Of a stretch of DNA of 64,000 nt, positions 49,701 to 62,963 are shown one piece after another; the first letter of the stretch is position 1, and every line of letters starts with the position of its first letter. Both the position numbers and the translations under genes were made by a program. This DNA comes from Vicugna vicugna. Taxonomy: Eukaryota. The stretch spans positions 124,001 through 188,000 of the forward strand of contig MU061547.1 in assembly GCA_013265495.1 (NCBI GenBank). The letters are read 5' to 3'. Under the pieces are notes generated by a model. That model was given only the letters and a program-made list of their open reading frames with translations, did no database searches and was not told the origin of the DNA.

Positions 49701-50689
49701 ATTTGGCTTCTGGTTTTGCTCCTTGCGTGGAGGAACCCAAGAATGTAAATGGAAGAGATAGCAAAGCGTGGAAGCTCCCCTCCAGAGAAAGAATGAGGAA
49801 GGGCTTTTCCCACACGGTAGCTGTTCCCTTCTCTCAGCAAGGGGAGGAAGTTACTAGTTTATGTAGTTGAGACCAGGCACATGGAGCAGAGGAAGAGGTA
49901 CAGAAAGCCACCTTTTAACCTTTCCCTTCACTCTGCCTTCATTCCATTTTACAGATCAAAAACAGAGCCCCAGTGGGGCTGAAAGGTCATCTTGGAGGGC
50001 TTCCTGGAGAAAGTGGCAATTGAGCTGCATCTCAAACTACCCAGTAGGTGACAGAGAAGAAAGGCTGTTTCAGCCAGGGGAAAGGCAAGGAGTGCAGTGG
50101 TCTTGGAGCTTTCTGTGTGTACAGTGGCAGGAGGATACAGGCTGACTGTGAAGGACCTTTAATGGCAGCAGGGCTGGGACCAGAGTGCAAAATTAAAGAG
50201 ACGCTCCCTCTCAGGACACTTGTGCTCGAAAACCTTCCATGACTCCCCTGTGCCTACTTAAATGTTGGGCCCTATGTGCCTCGCTTGTCTCAGCCTAATT
50301 CCTGCCCTAAATGGCAGGTTAAGGATGCAGCTTTTTTGCACAGGGGAGCCATGGAAGGTTTTTGAGCACTAGTGTGCTCAGTTTTAGGAAGTTTGTGGTA
50401 CGATTTGGATAAGAGGGGAAATCTGAGAGATTTGCCTGAGAGTAGCTCTTTCTCCTGCTACTGAGGGACATCTCCGTTCTGGATCCCTTACAAGTGGGGA
50501 GTCTGAACTATAGTAGACCAGTTAGAGTAGTCTGTGAGTATCAGACATGGTCACTACTTTATCTCTTGTGTGAGCTTTCCATGTGCATCATCTTACTCAG
50601 TCTTTTTGTGTTTTCAACCTGTGAACTCTAAGGCCTAGAGAGGTTACATCATTTACTGGCAAGAACCAAGGCCCAAGGCCAAAGCTTCT

Positions 50690-50872
50690 GGGTTTTTTTA
50701 AGTAATTTTTTTTTAACTTTAGTTTTATTGGATTTTTTGTTGTTGTTATCTGAGGGAGGTAATTTGGTTTATTGCCTTTTTTTTTTTCCTTTAAATGGAG
50801 GTACTGGAGATAGAACCCAGGACCTCATGCATGCTAAGCAGGCACTCTATCAGTTGAGCTATAACCTCCCCA
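50690..50872 (-). mobile_element. tRNA-derived SINE (Vic-1-like) in CLN6 intron 1
   Basis: rc ggggaggttatagctcaactgatagagtgcctgcttagcatgcatgaggtcctgggttcta. Confidence 0.88.
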
Positions 50873-53611
50873 CTGGTTTCTGCTCTTACTACTCCACTTT
50901 GGTTGCCGAGGAGTGATGTCTCTTTTCACTCCTGAGTGAGGTCCCCACCAGCCAGGGTGCTCGTGGGGATGGCGTGAGGGGCTGGCTCTCTTCCGGGGTG
51001 TCTCTGCCTGCTTCATTGGATGCCTCTAGGCCTGTTCTCTGTATCATTGCTGCTCAAGACAGCAGGCACAGTCATCCCGACCAATTCCTAGGATGCTCGG
51101 ATTTCCTCTGCAGCCTCCATGCTTTGCTTACATACCTCTAATGACATGATATTTACTACCCTTCAATGTAGCCTATTCCAGCTTCCACCTGCTTTGTTGA
51201 GTTATTTTTTTTAATTGTAATCAAAGTAGTATGTGCCCATGATTAAATAAAATTGCACAGACAGGCTTAGAGTAAAAAGCAATGGTCCTCTGTACCACCT
51301 CTCCCTAGCATCAGAGACAACCACGGTGGCTTCTTTTAGCTGTTTCTATCAGTATTAAATTCATATTTCTAAATAATAATAAATGCTACGAATGTAACAC
51401 TTTCTGTGAACCAGGCCCTCCTCTAAGTTTTTGCATTTCAACCACAACTCTTGAGGTAGAATCCACTATTATCCCCCATTTTACAGGTGGAAACATTGAG
51501 GCTCAAGAGGTAACTTGCTCAAGATCTAATTAGTGGTGTAGCCAGGATATGAACCCAGGCAATCTCCAAAGTCCATGCTCTTGAAAGCTATACTCAACTG
51601 CTATTTCTTGGTTTATCAATTTTAGCCTCTAAGCTAATGTTTACTAATTTCCTATTATGATTTGGTTCACTTATACCCTTCTTCACAAGATGGGTTTTTT
51701 TTTTAATCACCATTTTTAGTTTTGCTCAATGTTACCTTTGTAACCTTAGGGAATATGTATATACCATTATTTCTTTTTTGGTCAGCTGTAGGCAGTGTCT
51801 CTTGATTCCTTTTTAAAAGGAGAATATTACTCCCCTAACCTAAACTTTAGCTTTCTTTGCCCTTTCCCCAATTCCCATCATCTAAAGTTTTACTTTTAAG
51901 TTGTCAAGGTTGAGAGTATTTACATGCTGTATTTTAATCATCATTGCCTTCCATGTTTTGTTTGTGGCTTGATTCTAAACTTGGAAAATTAATATATAAT
52001 GTCTTTATTAGTTCAGCTATGTAAATGTTGTTCCCTACAGAGTCAAGTAATGTTTAGCAGTTACATTTGCTTTCTTATATGGCTTTCATTTTTCCCGGAG
52101 TTTCTAATTGCCTTTCTTTTTCTGCTCCTCTTATTATTTGCCTTCATTTTCTCATTTTGGTTCAAACTTTTCATCATGGCAGATATTTTCACCATGTGTA
52201 GACAGAACCAGAATTGGTCCCTCTACAGTCCCCATTCATAGGTCCCTGCTTGACTCCACCATGGCTGAGATGCCTACCTTTTCTGCCCGGCAGTCCTGTG
52301 GATGCCGCTGACTGCTTGAATATTTCAACTGTGTGGTATGCGCTGGGTGGTATCGCTCCCCAACTGTCGTGGTATCAGTTTCCCCATATGGTAGACCTGT
52401 AAGGCTGCGGAGGAGAGGAAGGGCCATCCTTGTCTTGGGTTACCTGCCCTGTGGTCAGAATCCCAGCAGAAGAGAACCAGCCAGATGCTGACCAATCTTG
52501 ATTCCCAAGTTAGGTGTCTGCCCTGTACCTCTGCTTTTTCTTCCGGCCCTTCTCAGCCAGGCTGCACTCCTGACAGGGATCCCCAGTGACTGAGGTGCCT
52601 CCTCAGGTGGAGAAGGAAATCATTTCTGAGCCCCTAAACTATGTTTGGTTCCCACAGCTTCCAGAGACCCATGCTTACCTGCTTCTGGGCTTTCAAAATG
52701 CCTTTATTTCCTAAACCAAAATCCTGCTTTTTGCCCAGTTTGAAGGTTTCCAGAGCAAAACACTGAGGGCTGTTATCTTCCTTCTCCATCCAAGTTCTGC
52801 AGGCCTTTTTGAGGCCTTGCCCCAGTGGCCACTAAGGGGAAGGGGCCGGGGGGGGGGCCTCTGTGCCAGTCACTCATCTCAACCTCATCTCAAACATCCT
52901 CACAGTTAGTCGGTGAGTATCTGCCCAGTCTGAAGGCCCAGCAGCCCCTCCCTGCTCTCCCTTCTACCTGGAAGCCAGGCATCTCCCCTCCCTGCATTGC
53001 CTTTCTCACTTCCCCACCTCCAGCCTTTGATCCTGCTCTCCGCCTGCTTTTCTGCCAACTTAAATCCACCTATCCATGGTTCCAGGCGCCCTTCCTTCAG
53101 GCAGGCTGTGCATCCTGCCCCAGGCCACACCAATCCCTTCATTTTTTTGACTTGGAAAATGGGGATAATATTCTGACCTTAAAGGGTTTCTGTGAGGATT
53201 AGAAGAGATAAATGAGATAATAAACGTAAAGAGCTATAACAGTGCCTGAAGTAGAGAAGGTGTTCAATAAAGGTCCGCTATCATTGTCCATCACCATGTT
53301 TCGTGTTTTTTTCAGCTACATTTGCACCCTCTGCTCCATCTGATTCCCCTGTCCTCTAGGTGAGAAAGCCCAACAGTTATTACATCCCTGGGGCATTTTC
53401 CTTCCTGAATCACAGAGAAGCTGTGGTCAGGTCAGATGGCGTCCACTCCCAGGATACCTTCCCCTGGACCACAGTATTTCCAGCAAAACTCTTTTCCTGA
53501 AACTTAATCATGTGTGTTTCCTCCCGCCCCCAGATCTCTGTGGCTCATCTTTTGGGGGAAGCTTCCCGTGGGAGGAGAGGAGTTGACCCCTTCTGTCTGC
53601 TCCTTTCCCAG

Positions 53612-53726
53612 GCACAGCTCTGTCAAGGCTGATGAGGCCGCCGGCACGGCTCCCTTCCACCTCGACCTCTGGTTCTACTTGACCCTGCAGAACTGGGTCC
53701 TGGACTTTGGCCGCCCCATTGCTATG
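53612..53726 (+). CDS. CLN6: CLN6 exon 2
   Basis: ag|G CAC...ATG|gtgag; [38 protein letters not shown]. Confidence 0.97.
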
Positions 53727-56725
53727 GTGAGCATGAAGCTGTGGACAAGAGTCCCAACCAGCAATGAGGACACATGGTGACTTGAATTAGCTGAGTGACC
53801 CCAGACGAGTCACGGCCCTTAGCAGTTAACTGTGACAACAGGCCTGGGTACTTTCATGTCCTTTAGCTCCGTGACTGTGACCCATGGGGCAGGTGCCAGT
53901 GGGTGGGAGATCTGGGGCCCTGAACAGTCATACTGTGCCTACCCCCACCATATCCCACATCCAGGTTTACCAGATCACCAAGCCAGACACAGGGGTATGG
54001 GAAGGAATCCCAGCTGCCTTCCCCACAGCCTTGGGATAGCATTGTTTTTCTGGAGGTGAGGCGTATAGGCTGATTTTGCACAATACGTATGACTTGAGCC
54101 TTGGGTCATTTTTTAGTGCCATCTGGTGAAACCATCCCCTTCCCTCCAAGGCTACCTATAGTGGTGGCCTCTACAGAGATTGATCCTGGAAGAGCATTGA
54201 AGCCCCTCACTTGTCATGGATGGATGAATGGATGGGTAGGTAGATAGTAGAAGGTGAAAAAAAATTGAGTGAGGGACAAGCATGTACCAAGTGGGTGGTT
54301 AAAAATAACCATATCCAACGCTGAAACTGACACCTTGCACATGCTAGTGATGATGCAAATTTGCAAAGCCCTTTGGGAAAACAGTTTGTCAAGGTGGTAA
54401 CTAGTACCCAGAATAGTGCCTTGCAGGATATGTGTTCAGTGTCTTTGTAGTAAGTGAATAATAATTATAACAATAATAGTAAGGTAGAAATAGTGGTTAA
54501 CATACATTGAGTGCTTACTTCATTCGAAGCTCTTTACATATTTAAATTTATTTAGTTCAACACTATTACTAATCTCAATTTATAGATGAGATGACTTGAG
54601 GGTGGAGAGGGTAAGTGACTGGCTCAGGGTCACCCAACCAGCAGGTGGAGGAGCCAGCCCATTGGCCCGAGAGCCCACCCCCTCCTGTTATATATATACC
54701 CAGAACCCTAACGTGTTCAACCCTCCTGACTCAGTAAGACCTCTTCCAAGAATGTGCCCTGAAGATGTAATCTGCAAGACACCAGCCCCTGTACCAAAGA
54801 TGTTCATTGCAGTGTTGCTTACAGGAGGCGAAACTTGGAAGTGACTTCAGTGTCCAGCCAAGATCAACTTGGCTACACCCAGTGTAGAGGTTGCTACCTG
54901 GGCATTAAACAGGAATTATGGATACTATAGAGGAACCTGGAATGTTTAAGGAGAAAAAAAGATGCCTAAGGGACAGGCAGTCAGTAACAACTGTTAATCC
55001 TGTATCCGCTGGATCAGAGACTTGAAGGGGATGAAGAAAAGCTTCCTGGCAGCAGTGTCAGGGAGGAGTTATGACGGATGCTGGATCTCCTTTCTGCAGA
55101 TTTTCCATGAGGTTTATGTGCCTTTTTTTAAATGTAGAAGAAAGAAAAGGGACTAAGCCAGGAGTCAGGGCACCTCGTCAGGTTTGTGGGCAAGTCACTG
55201 TCCCCCGAGCTTTGGTTCTCTCATCTCAAGAAGACTCCTTGAACTAGCCGTTCTGAGCCCCCTTCCAGCATGAAGGTCCCACATACTGGGGAACAGAGGA
55301 GCTGCCCACCAAACTGGTGTTACGGGGAGAGGGGAGATGAAGCCAGGAGTGGCCCGTGGCCCTCCTCACTCGCTAGGGCTTAGCCTCATGTGGCCTAATA
55401 GGGATCTTCTGTTGGAGAAATCACTTCCCCCATCCTGGCCAGAGTTGCTGTGGCCACTATAACCCTGAGCGGGCTCGTCATATTTGAAAAGCTGGTGTAG
55501 ACACGAGCTTTTCAGTTGTACACATTGATAGTCCCAAATTTAACTACAACCACAAAACAAACTTTTTACAAGTTATAAAAGTAATATGTCATATTATAAG
55601 GGGAGGAATGATGGGCAGTTCCTACTCAGGTATATAAAGAAGTGTGAGACGCCCCCTTTCAGTCTCACCCCTGACAGTTTGGGGCACATCCTTCCACTCC
55701 TTTCTCGACTCATGCAAACATATGTATACATCCTTTTTTTTTCCTCTAACCAAAATGAGATTTTATTTCATCCCTTATTCTACAACTTGCTTGATTTACT
55801 CTACAGTACATCATGGATATCTCTCCATGTCATTTCTGTTAATGGCTACTTAACCTTCTGTAGTAAAGACAGTGTATTCAGCTAATCCTGTTCGGTTGAA
55901 GAGTTGGCCTGTTTCCGATATTTCGCTATCAGAGTGTTTCGGCGAGCATGAATATCTTGCTGTAGATAAAGGTACAGTTATGCACACACATACCAAGTAA
56001 GAAAGAGAGAGAATGAGATTCCTGTGTCCTAAGAGTTTTATTTCTGCAGGTTCATTTTATCCAACACATTTTTTTAATTAAAAGACACATTTAAATTTTT
56101 GATTGATGTTTATGGTCATTACACGTGTTCTCAATCAACAGATAATGGAGGTACAGTTGGGCAGAGCAGGGGCTGTGAAGTGTTTTGAGCTCAGGTGAGG
56201 GTTTTCACGCTGAGGACTCGCTGGGGTAGACCAGTAGGAGGACAAGGGAATTCCGGACGGGAATGGCCCCAGCCTGCCTGCCTCTCTTAGGAAAGGAAGA
56301 ACTGAAGCTACTTTATAGGTCTCCCTGTTTTCTTCTTTGTTTCATAATGTGTAGTTTCGACCTGAAATGGTCCCACCTGCTCAGTGGACAGAGTGTTTGT
56401 CCACACCTGGGTGGCCAGGAGATCTGGTCGTCATCCTAGGACTTGCAGTGTCGGATCCCTAAGGGTCTGTGTAGACCCCTGGGCCACATTTCTTGTGTTT
56501 CAGATGGGGAAACTGAGGCCTGAGAGACAAAGAACTTGCCCAGGGTCACCCAGAAAGTTGGTGGCACAGCTGAGTCCCAAGAAAGCCTCCAACTCCCAGG
56601 CCAGTACCTGGTGACATTGACTTACTACCTGGGGGAGAGGGACCCACAGGGTCAGGCCGTGGATTCACATCAGCTGTGTGCCTGGGGACAAGTCCGTTTA
56701 CTTTCTCTGGAACTTGGTTTGTCTG

Positions 56726-56897
56726 NNNNNNNNNNNNNNNNNNNNNNNNNNNNNNNNNNNNNNNNNNNNNNNNNNNNNNNNNNNNNNNNNNNNNNNNNNN
56801 NNNNNNNNNNNNNNNNNNNNNNNNNNNNNNNNNNNNNNNNNNNNNNNNNNNNNNNNNNNNNNNNNNNNNNNNNNNNNNNNNNNNNNNNNNNNNNNNN
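56726..56897. other. Assembly gap (N run) ending 19 nt upstream of CLN6 exon 3
   Basis: N characters. Confidence 1.
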
Positions 56898-56916
56898 ATC
56901 ACTCCTCGCTCCCCAG

Positions 56917-57015
56917 CTGGTGTTCCCTCTCGAATGGTTTCCGCTCAACAAGCCCAGCGTGGGGGACTACTTCCACATGGCCTACAACATCATCACGCCC
57001 TTCCTCCTGCTCAAG
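56917..57015 (+). CDS. CLN6: CLN6 exon 3
   Basis: cag|CTG...AAG|gtac; [33 protein letters not shown]. Confidence 0.97.
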
Positions 57016-58129
57016 GTACAGTGCCGGGCTCCCTGCCCTCCCTTCCCGCCCTCATTGCCCCCCCCCAGCAGGGAGCTGGTGCTGAGCCCTGGAAGTGCCC
57101 TGAATCAGGCTTTCCCCTGCCCAATTTTGGGGGACGAAGTCTGTGATACAAAGATGTGTCAAGAGCCCGGGGCCCCAGGGGAGGCAGGGGGATGGAGAAG
57201 GCCTCCCCAAAGAGGGGCGTTTGATGTGGGCCCCTGCCTGGGGGTGACCTGGGAGAGACCTTCAGACAGGAGAACCTGAAGACAAGGCTGGGCTTGAGAA
57301 ACCATAACACATTTGGGGAGGCTGAGATGGAAGGAGTGGCTGGGTTGCCCAGGGAGAAGTCAGGGACCAGTTGGGAAGGCACATGGGGACCAGGGGGCAG
57401 AAAAGGCAGCAAAGGAGGGTGAACTCTCCCCTCTGGCCTGGAGATCCCTGACTCTGAGATAGCCCTGGGAGCACAGAGCAGTCGCCTAGATGCCTCTGGG
57501 AGATTAACTGTATCCATCTCCCAAATGCAGTTCTTGGCAGAGCTGCTGGCTTTGCATTTTGCCAAATAAAGGCTCTGAAATCAACTATCTCCCTCTACTA
57601 TCCCGGTCATTTTGTTTTCAGAGAGACATTTCAAACCTTCAAAAGTACCAAAGGTATAACCTCAGAATTCAGAGGAATATTTAGTTAAGTAATTTAGTTT
57701 CAGAAGCACTCCCCCCCATTCCTATTATTTTGCTGGCGTGGATCAGTTGCTCAGAAATGGGAGGGTCTCAGCAGGCCAGCCCAGCCACGCAGGAGCAGAA
57801 CTGGGGGTGTGGGAGGTCAGGGCCTGGACCCCGGACGCTTGTGTTGAAGGCCTGGCTGTCACCTTCAGCACGTGGCTTGTGTGTGACCTTGGGTAATGAG
57901 CCTGTTTCCTCACCACAAAAAGAGGGTGCTGTTCCCCAGCTTCTCCTGGGTTCACAGGGATCCTGTGAGACTGGAGGCTGGGTTAGGCCACTAAAGGGAC
58001 CCACCAATTTGAGAGTGACTTTCTAGCTAAGGATGTCCATCCTAGCCCAGGTGTGAGGGAGGGAAGTGGAGGGTGTCTGTATAGGGACAGAGGCGGGGGT
58101 CATGCTGCCGCGCCTCCCTCTGACCTCAG

Positions 58130-58318
58130 CTCATCGAGCGGTCCCCCCGCACCCTGCCGCGCTCCATGATCTACGTCAGCATCATCACCTTCATCATGGG
58201 CGCCAGCATCCACCTGGTGGGCGACTCCGTGAACCACCGCCTTATCTTCAGCGGCTACCAGAACCACCTGTCGGTCCGCGAGAACCCCATCATCAAGAAT
58301 CTCAAGCCAGAGACGCTG
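58130..58318 (+). CDS. CLN6: CLN6 exon 4
   Basis: cag|CTC...CTG|gtgag; [63 protein letters not shown]. Confidence 0.97.
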
Positions 58319-58545
58319 GTGAGGCCGCCCCCCCGACCAGGTCACCGGGCCGAGCTAGGGTGCTCCTGTCACCAGGAAGTGGCATGTTGGTTCCCACCTT
58401 GGCCCCCTCCTCTTCATAGGGAGGGACTGAGGGCAGCTGGGGGAGGCGGGCGTGCGGGGAGGGTGGCCGCTGCCCCACCCCCACCCCCCCGCCCCCAAAC
58501 TCCCTGAAGCCCCTCCAGCCCCTGCCTCGCCGCTGCCGCCCGCAG

Positions 58546-58601
58546 ATCGACTCCTTCGAGCTGCTCTACTACTACGACGAGTACCTGGGCCACTCCATGT
58601 G
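58546..58601 (+). CDS. CLN6: CLN6 exon 5
   Basis: cag|ATC...TG|gtgagt; IDSFELLYYYDEYLGHSM(W). Confidence 0.97.
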
Positions 58602-60064
58602 GTGAGTGATGGGGCCCGTGGTCCCGGGCGGCTCTGCCGCGGACTCGGGGACGCTGAGCAGCTCTGGGCCGCGGGGCGCCAGGTGTGGAGCGCGGCGGCT
58701 GGAAGGGCGCGCTCTTCCCGGGCGGCGGCGCTGTCACTCGGCTCCGGCAAGGCAGCTGCGTCGCCCTCCAGCCCGCGGTGCCCGCGGCGGCCACGAGAGG
58801 GCAGCGAGCGGCTGTCCTCGCAGGGCCGAGGCTGCCGCGCTGATAAACAACCGCCCCCACAAGGGGATGGGGATGGGGACCGAGAGGACCAGGCCGCGAT
58901 CTTGGGCATGAGAGGCGGCAGGAAGCCGAGGAGGGCCGGCTGGACCAGGCTGGGGGCAGGGTAGGAGTGGGGGTGCTGTCTGTGCTCGCCCCTCCGAACT
59001 CCGAGGAGAGCTTCGCCCCCCACCCCCTCACGGCAGGGCAGGAACCCTGGCACATGCAGATCAGCCACAGGAGACTCCGGGCACAAGCTGGGGGCAGTCG
59101 TCCGTTCCAGGCCGGAGGATGAACTGGGGCCAGTGGGAAGGGGTTGGACATGGGTTGATGGCTAGTGACAGAGCCAGGCCTGGACCTGGGTGGCCCCACT
59201 CCTGGGTGAGGTGGGCTCCCTCCTGTCGCACGTGCCCTACACTGTGTTTCCAGGGTCTGTTTTGGGGCCTGGAAAGTCGGCGGGGGGCGGGGAGGGGGTG
59301 TCCCTGGGCAGACAGGCCTCTTGCCAGTTCTCCCTGGCCTTTGCCGGAAGACCCTTCCCGTGGAAGGTTGGGGAAGGGAGGAGGCGGAGGAACAGAGGCC
59401 TGGAGAAGTGAAACTGCAGGACAGGACTGGGAGTGTGTGGGGGCCGTAAGAGCAGGAGGTGGGAGGTCAGGAGACAAGGAGGTGAGAAGAGAAAGGGGGT
59501 GCGGATGAGAGATGGCACAGGTGCGTGGGGAAGGAGAAAGGGTGGTACTTTTGGGGTGAGGTGTGTGTGTGGGAAGGGTGAGGCTGTGGGCTGACTGAGA
59601 GCTCCTTGGAGGCCCCCCCAGTGGGTCTGTTTTCCCCGCTTCTTTTTTTAAGCTGGGACCTCAGCCCTGCTGGCTACACCCATTTCCAGGCCAGTGAGTG
59701 CTAGTGTTCAGCACGTGTCTGAGTCAGATGCATCCTCACCCCCTTACCCATCCTGCAACAAAGCGTGAATGAGGCAGCCAGGGCAGTGTGGGAGGGAGCC
59801 CCCACCCCATGACCAGCCTGTGGGCGTCTGGTCTGCATATGCTCAGGGAGCAGGCCTCACCTTCCTGCTTCCCTCCTGTTCTACCCTGGACGCCCTGCTC
59901 GGGAAAGGCTGTCAGGGAAGTGCCTGCACCCAAACCAGGTATTTTTGTAAACTGTTAAGTGACTGCGTGGGGTGGTGCAGAGAACCAGCACAAGGGTGAG
60001 TGGGGAAGAGGTTATGGGTGGGGTAGCCGGGCAGGCGTCTGAGGCGCTGGCTTCCCTGTCGCAG

Positions 60065-60187
60065 GTACATCCCCTTCTTCCTCATCCTCTTCATGTACTT
60101 CAGCGGCTGCTTCACTCCCACCAAAGCTGAGAGCTCAATGCCAGGGGCAGCCCTGCTCCTGGTGGTGCCCAGTGGCCTGTACTACTG
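60065..60187 (+). CDS. CLN6: CLN6 exon 6
   Basis: cag|G TAC...TG|gtgagt; [40 protein letters not shown](W). Confidence 0.97.
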
Positions 60188-61617
60188 GTGAGTGGACCTC
60201 GGGCCTGGGCTGGGGGAGGGTGGGGGCCCTCAGAGAGCTAGCTACGGAAAATGTGCTCTTAACCCCCGTGTGACCCCAGGTCAGACTCTCCCTCCTGGGG
60301 TCCCTGTGTCGTCCTCTTCTAGTGGGGACTGTGACAGTGCCTTGTGGTGGCTGCTCTGTTGCCAAGAAGCCAGGCTTGAGTATGGCCTCTCCACACTCTG
60401 AGTGCTACCTTGGGGCCAGTAGACTCCAACACCACACGCTGTAGAGCCCTGGGGGCCTCAGTTTCCTCCTCTGTGAAATGGGGATAATACCTGCCTGTCT
60501 CGCTCTTGGGATATGGTGAGAATCCAGGGGAGAGAAAGGGGCTTCATAAACTTCAGGGCAGATAAGGGGGGAATGTCAGAGCCTCAGGGGCTGCCCGCCT
60601 GGTTGCTTTTCCCTCCAGCTCTCTCTTCCCACTCCAGAGGACCCAGGCCTCAGCCAGCCTCTTCCTCAGTCACTTCTGCTCCAGATCCAGGCTCCCCTGG
60701 GGATTGTGGGTGTCCTAGAAAGGGCTGAGTCCTTCTCCGGTGGGAAGCTTCCAGCAAAATAAAAAGGGGCCTGCTCCAGCCCACCTCCAGGGGCTGCTGC
60801 TGGCCGGCCGAGGGGGTCCACCAGGGCGAATCTATAGGCCCGCTGAGAACAGGGTTAGAAGGAATGGGTAGCAGCTACAGCTGGAGGGAAAGAGGTGAGA
60901 CGTGGCCTGTTCTTACCCATGGCCTGTGGGTGCAGTGATAGCTTTTCCAAGTACATAGTTCTTGTCAGTAACCTTGAGAGATAGGGCCATGTATGTATGC
61001 CCCCTTTATGAGTAGGAAAACAGAGGCTCCGTGATGTCATGTGAATTCCCCACGGAGACACAGCCGCTAAGTTGCAGAGCGATGTGGCTCCTTGAGTGGG
61101 ATGGGTCAGCACTGAGGTTCTCTCTAGAAACCGGGGAATAGACCAGATGTGTGCTAGGTAGGTACTGCCTTAGATACCACAGGGAACCCTGGGAGATCTC
61201 AGAATTTGTCCCAGCCTTCAAGGAGACAGTAATGACAACCCTCATAAATTGAAACTGCATTCCCAAACTCAAAACCCATTAGGGACCAAGATGGTAGCAA
61301 ATGCATCAAGCAGGCATCAAGTGAGGCAGTAGGGAAAGGTGGGGACTGTGGCTAGCTGCGGAACAGTCCTCTCTCTCAGGGGAGCAGCTGCTTTCTCCTC
61401 TGATCAGTTACTGTGATGTGGGAATATAAGCCTAGTGTGAGCAGGGGAGCCAGAAATCCACATTTGCAGGTAATCTGTTATTTAAATATCGGCAACAAAC
61501 TCAATGTTTGAAGAAAAAATAGTAACTGTACAAGCCCAATCAACGTGCTGCTTACAGGCCATGGCTCAGAGGAATGTGGTCCCCCGAGCCTCTGGCTCCA
61601 TGTGCTGTTCTGACTGA

Positions 61618-61974
<357 letters not shown>

Positions 61975-62957
61975 GTCCCGGGCACCAGCCACCCGGTGTG
62001 CTCTGCCTGCCGGGGAGATGGACCGCGGAGGGCATCGCTGCAAGATGCAATTATTCTGGTCAAATCTCTGTTGGGTTGGGCTTTTTCCAGGATGGGATTT
62101 AGTCTGAGGCAGTGTGTCCAGGCCGAGACAAGTTCCTGCCTTCCTGTACATCTTACTGCAGTCGGGCCCTCTCACTCTGCTTAGGGCTGGTCTCTTCCTA
62201 GGGTGCTTCTGGCTCACTCTGCAGACCCACCCTGACCCTGGAGGCCACATTACACAGGTTACATGAACTTTCTGTGCATTACTGAGCAAAACACATCCTT
62301 CCTCTAGGCCTCATTTGCACCAGATGGGCCCACAGGCCCCAAGTAGGTCAGTGGGCTGGTTTGCAGCCTCGTCTTGGGGCACCTCAGGCTGCTTGGGGTA
62401 GTGGGCCAGCCAACCCTGGGGGCCAGAGACCCGTCCTCCCCCCGCACTATGCCTGATCTCGGGGTCTGGCTGTGGTAGCCCTCCAGCTACCGCCTCCTGG
62501 AAGCTCTGCCCCCCCCCCCGATTCATGGCATCCCCTTACCATCAGCCTGACCACAGGTTTTTGAGCGGCAGCTGAAGGCCAAGTTCTCATGCACTTGGAC
62601 TATTCCCTGAGCCCCTCAGTAGGGGCAGGGGGCGTCTTGAGGTTCTCTTCAGTCAGCCCTGCCTCAGCCTAAATGTCATGCCTTCTGCCAGCTGCCCTGC
62701 TCCCATAACAGGGAGGCCTCATTCCCAGCAGGATACCCCTGCCCCACGCCTGCCCCCAGGTCTCATCCAGCTGCAGGGACCACAGCCTCACTTCACCCAG
62801 CACTAGCCCATGGCTCTCCGGGGGGGGGGCCTGCCTCGCCCTCCCCAGGCCCTGTCTCCTCTCCAGTGTTACTCAGGGAGCCCTGTGCCTCAGATTCCCC
62901 TCCTATGTGCAGGTCCCCCCGCTCCAGGTCAGTCCCCATCAGGTGGTGAGAGGTGTG

Positions 62958-62963
62958 AATAAA
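62958..62963 (+). terminator. CLN6: Probable CLN6 polyadenylation signal
   Basis: First AATAAA seen after the stop codon, ~1 kb downstream. Confidence 0.7.

Noticed and set aside
48985..49815. 276-aa minus-strand ORF and overlapping ORFs at the CLN6 promoter
   Set aside because: Stop-poor GC-rich CpG island with low-complexity Pro/Arg/Gly/Ala translation and no recognisable domain
58355..59199. 243-aa and 261-aa antisense ORFs in CLN6
   Set aside because: Expected by chance in very GC-rich DNA; no recognisable homology
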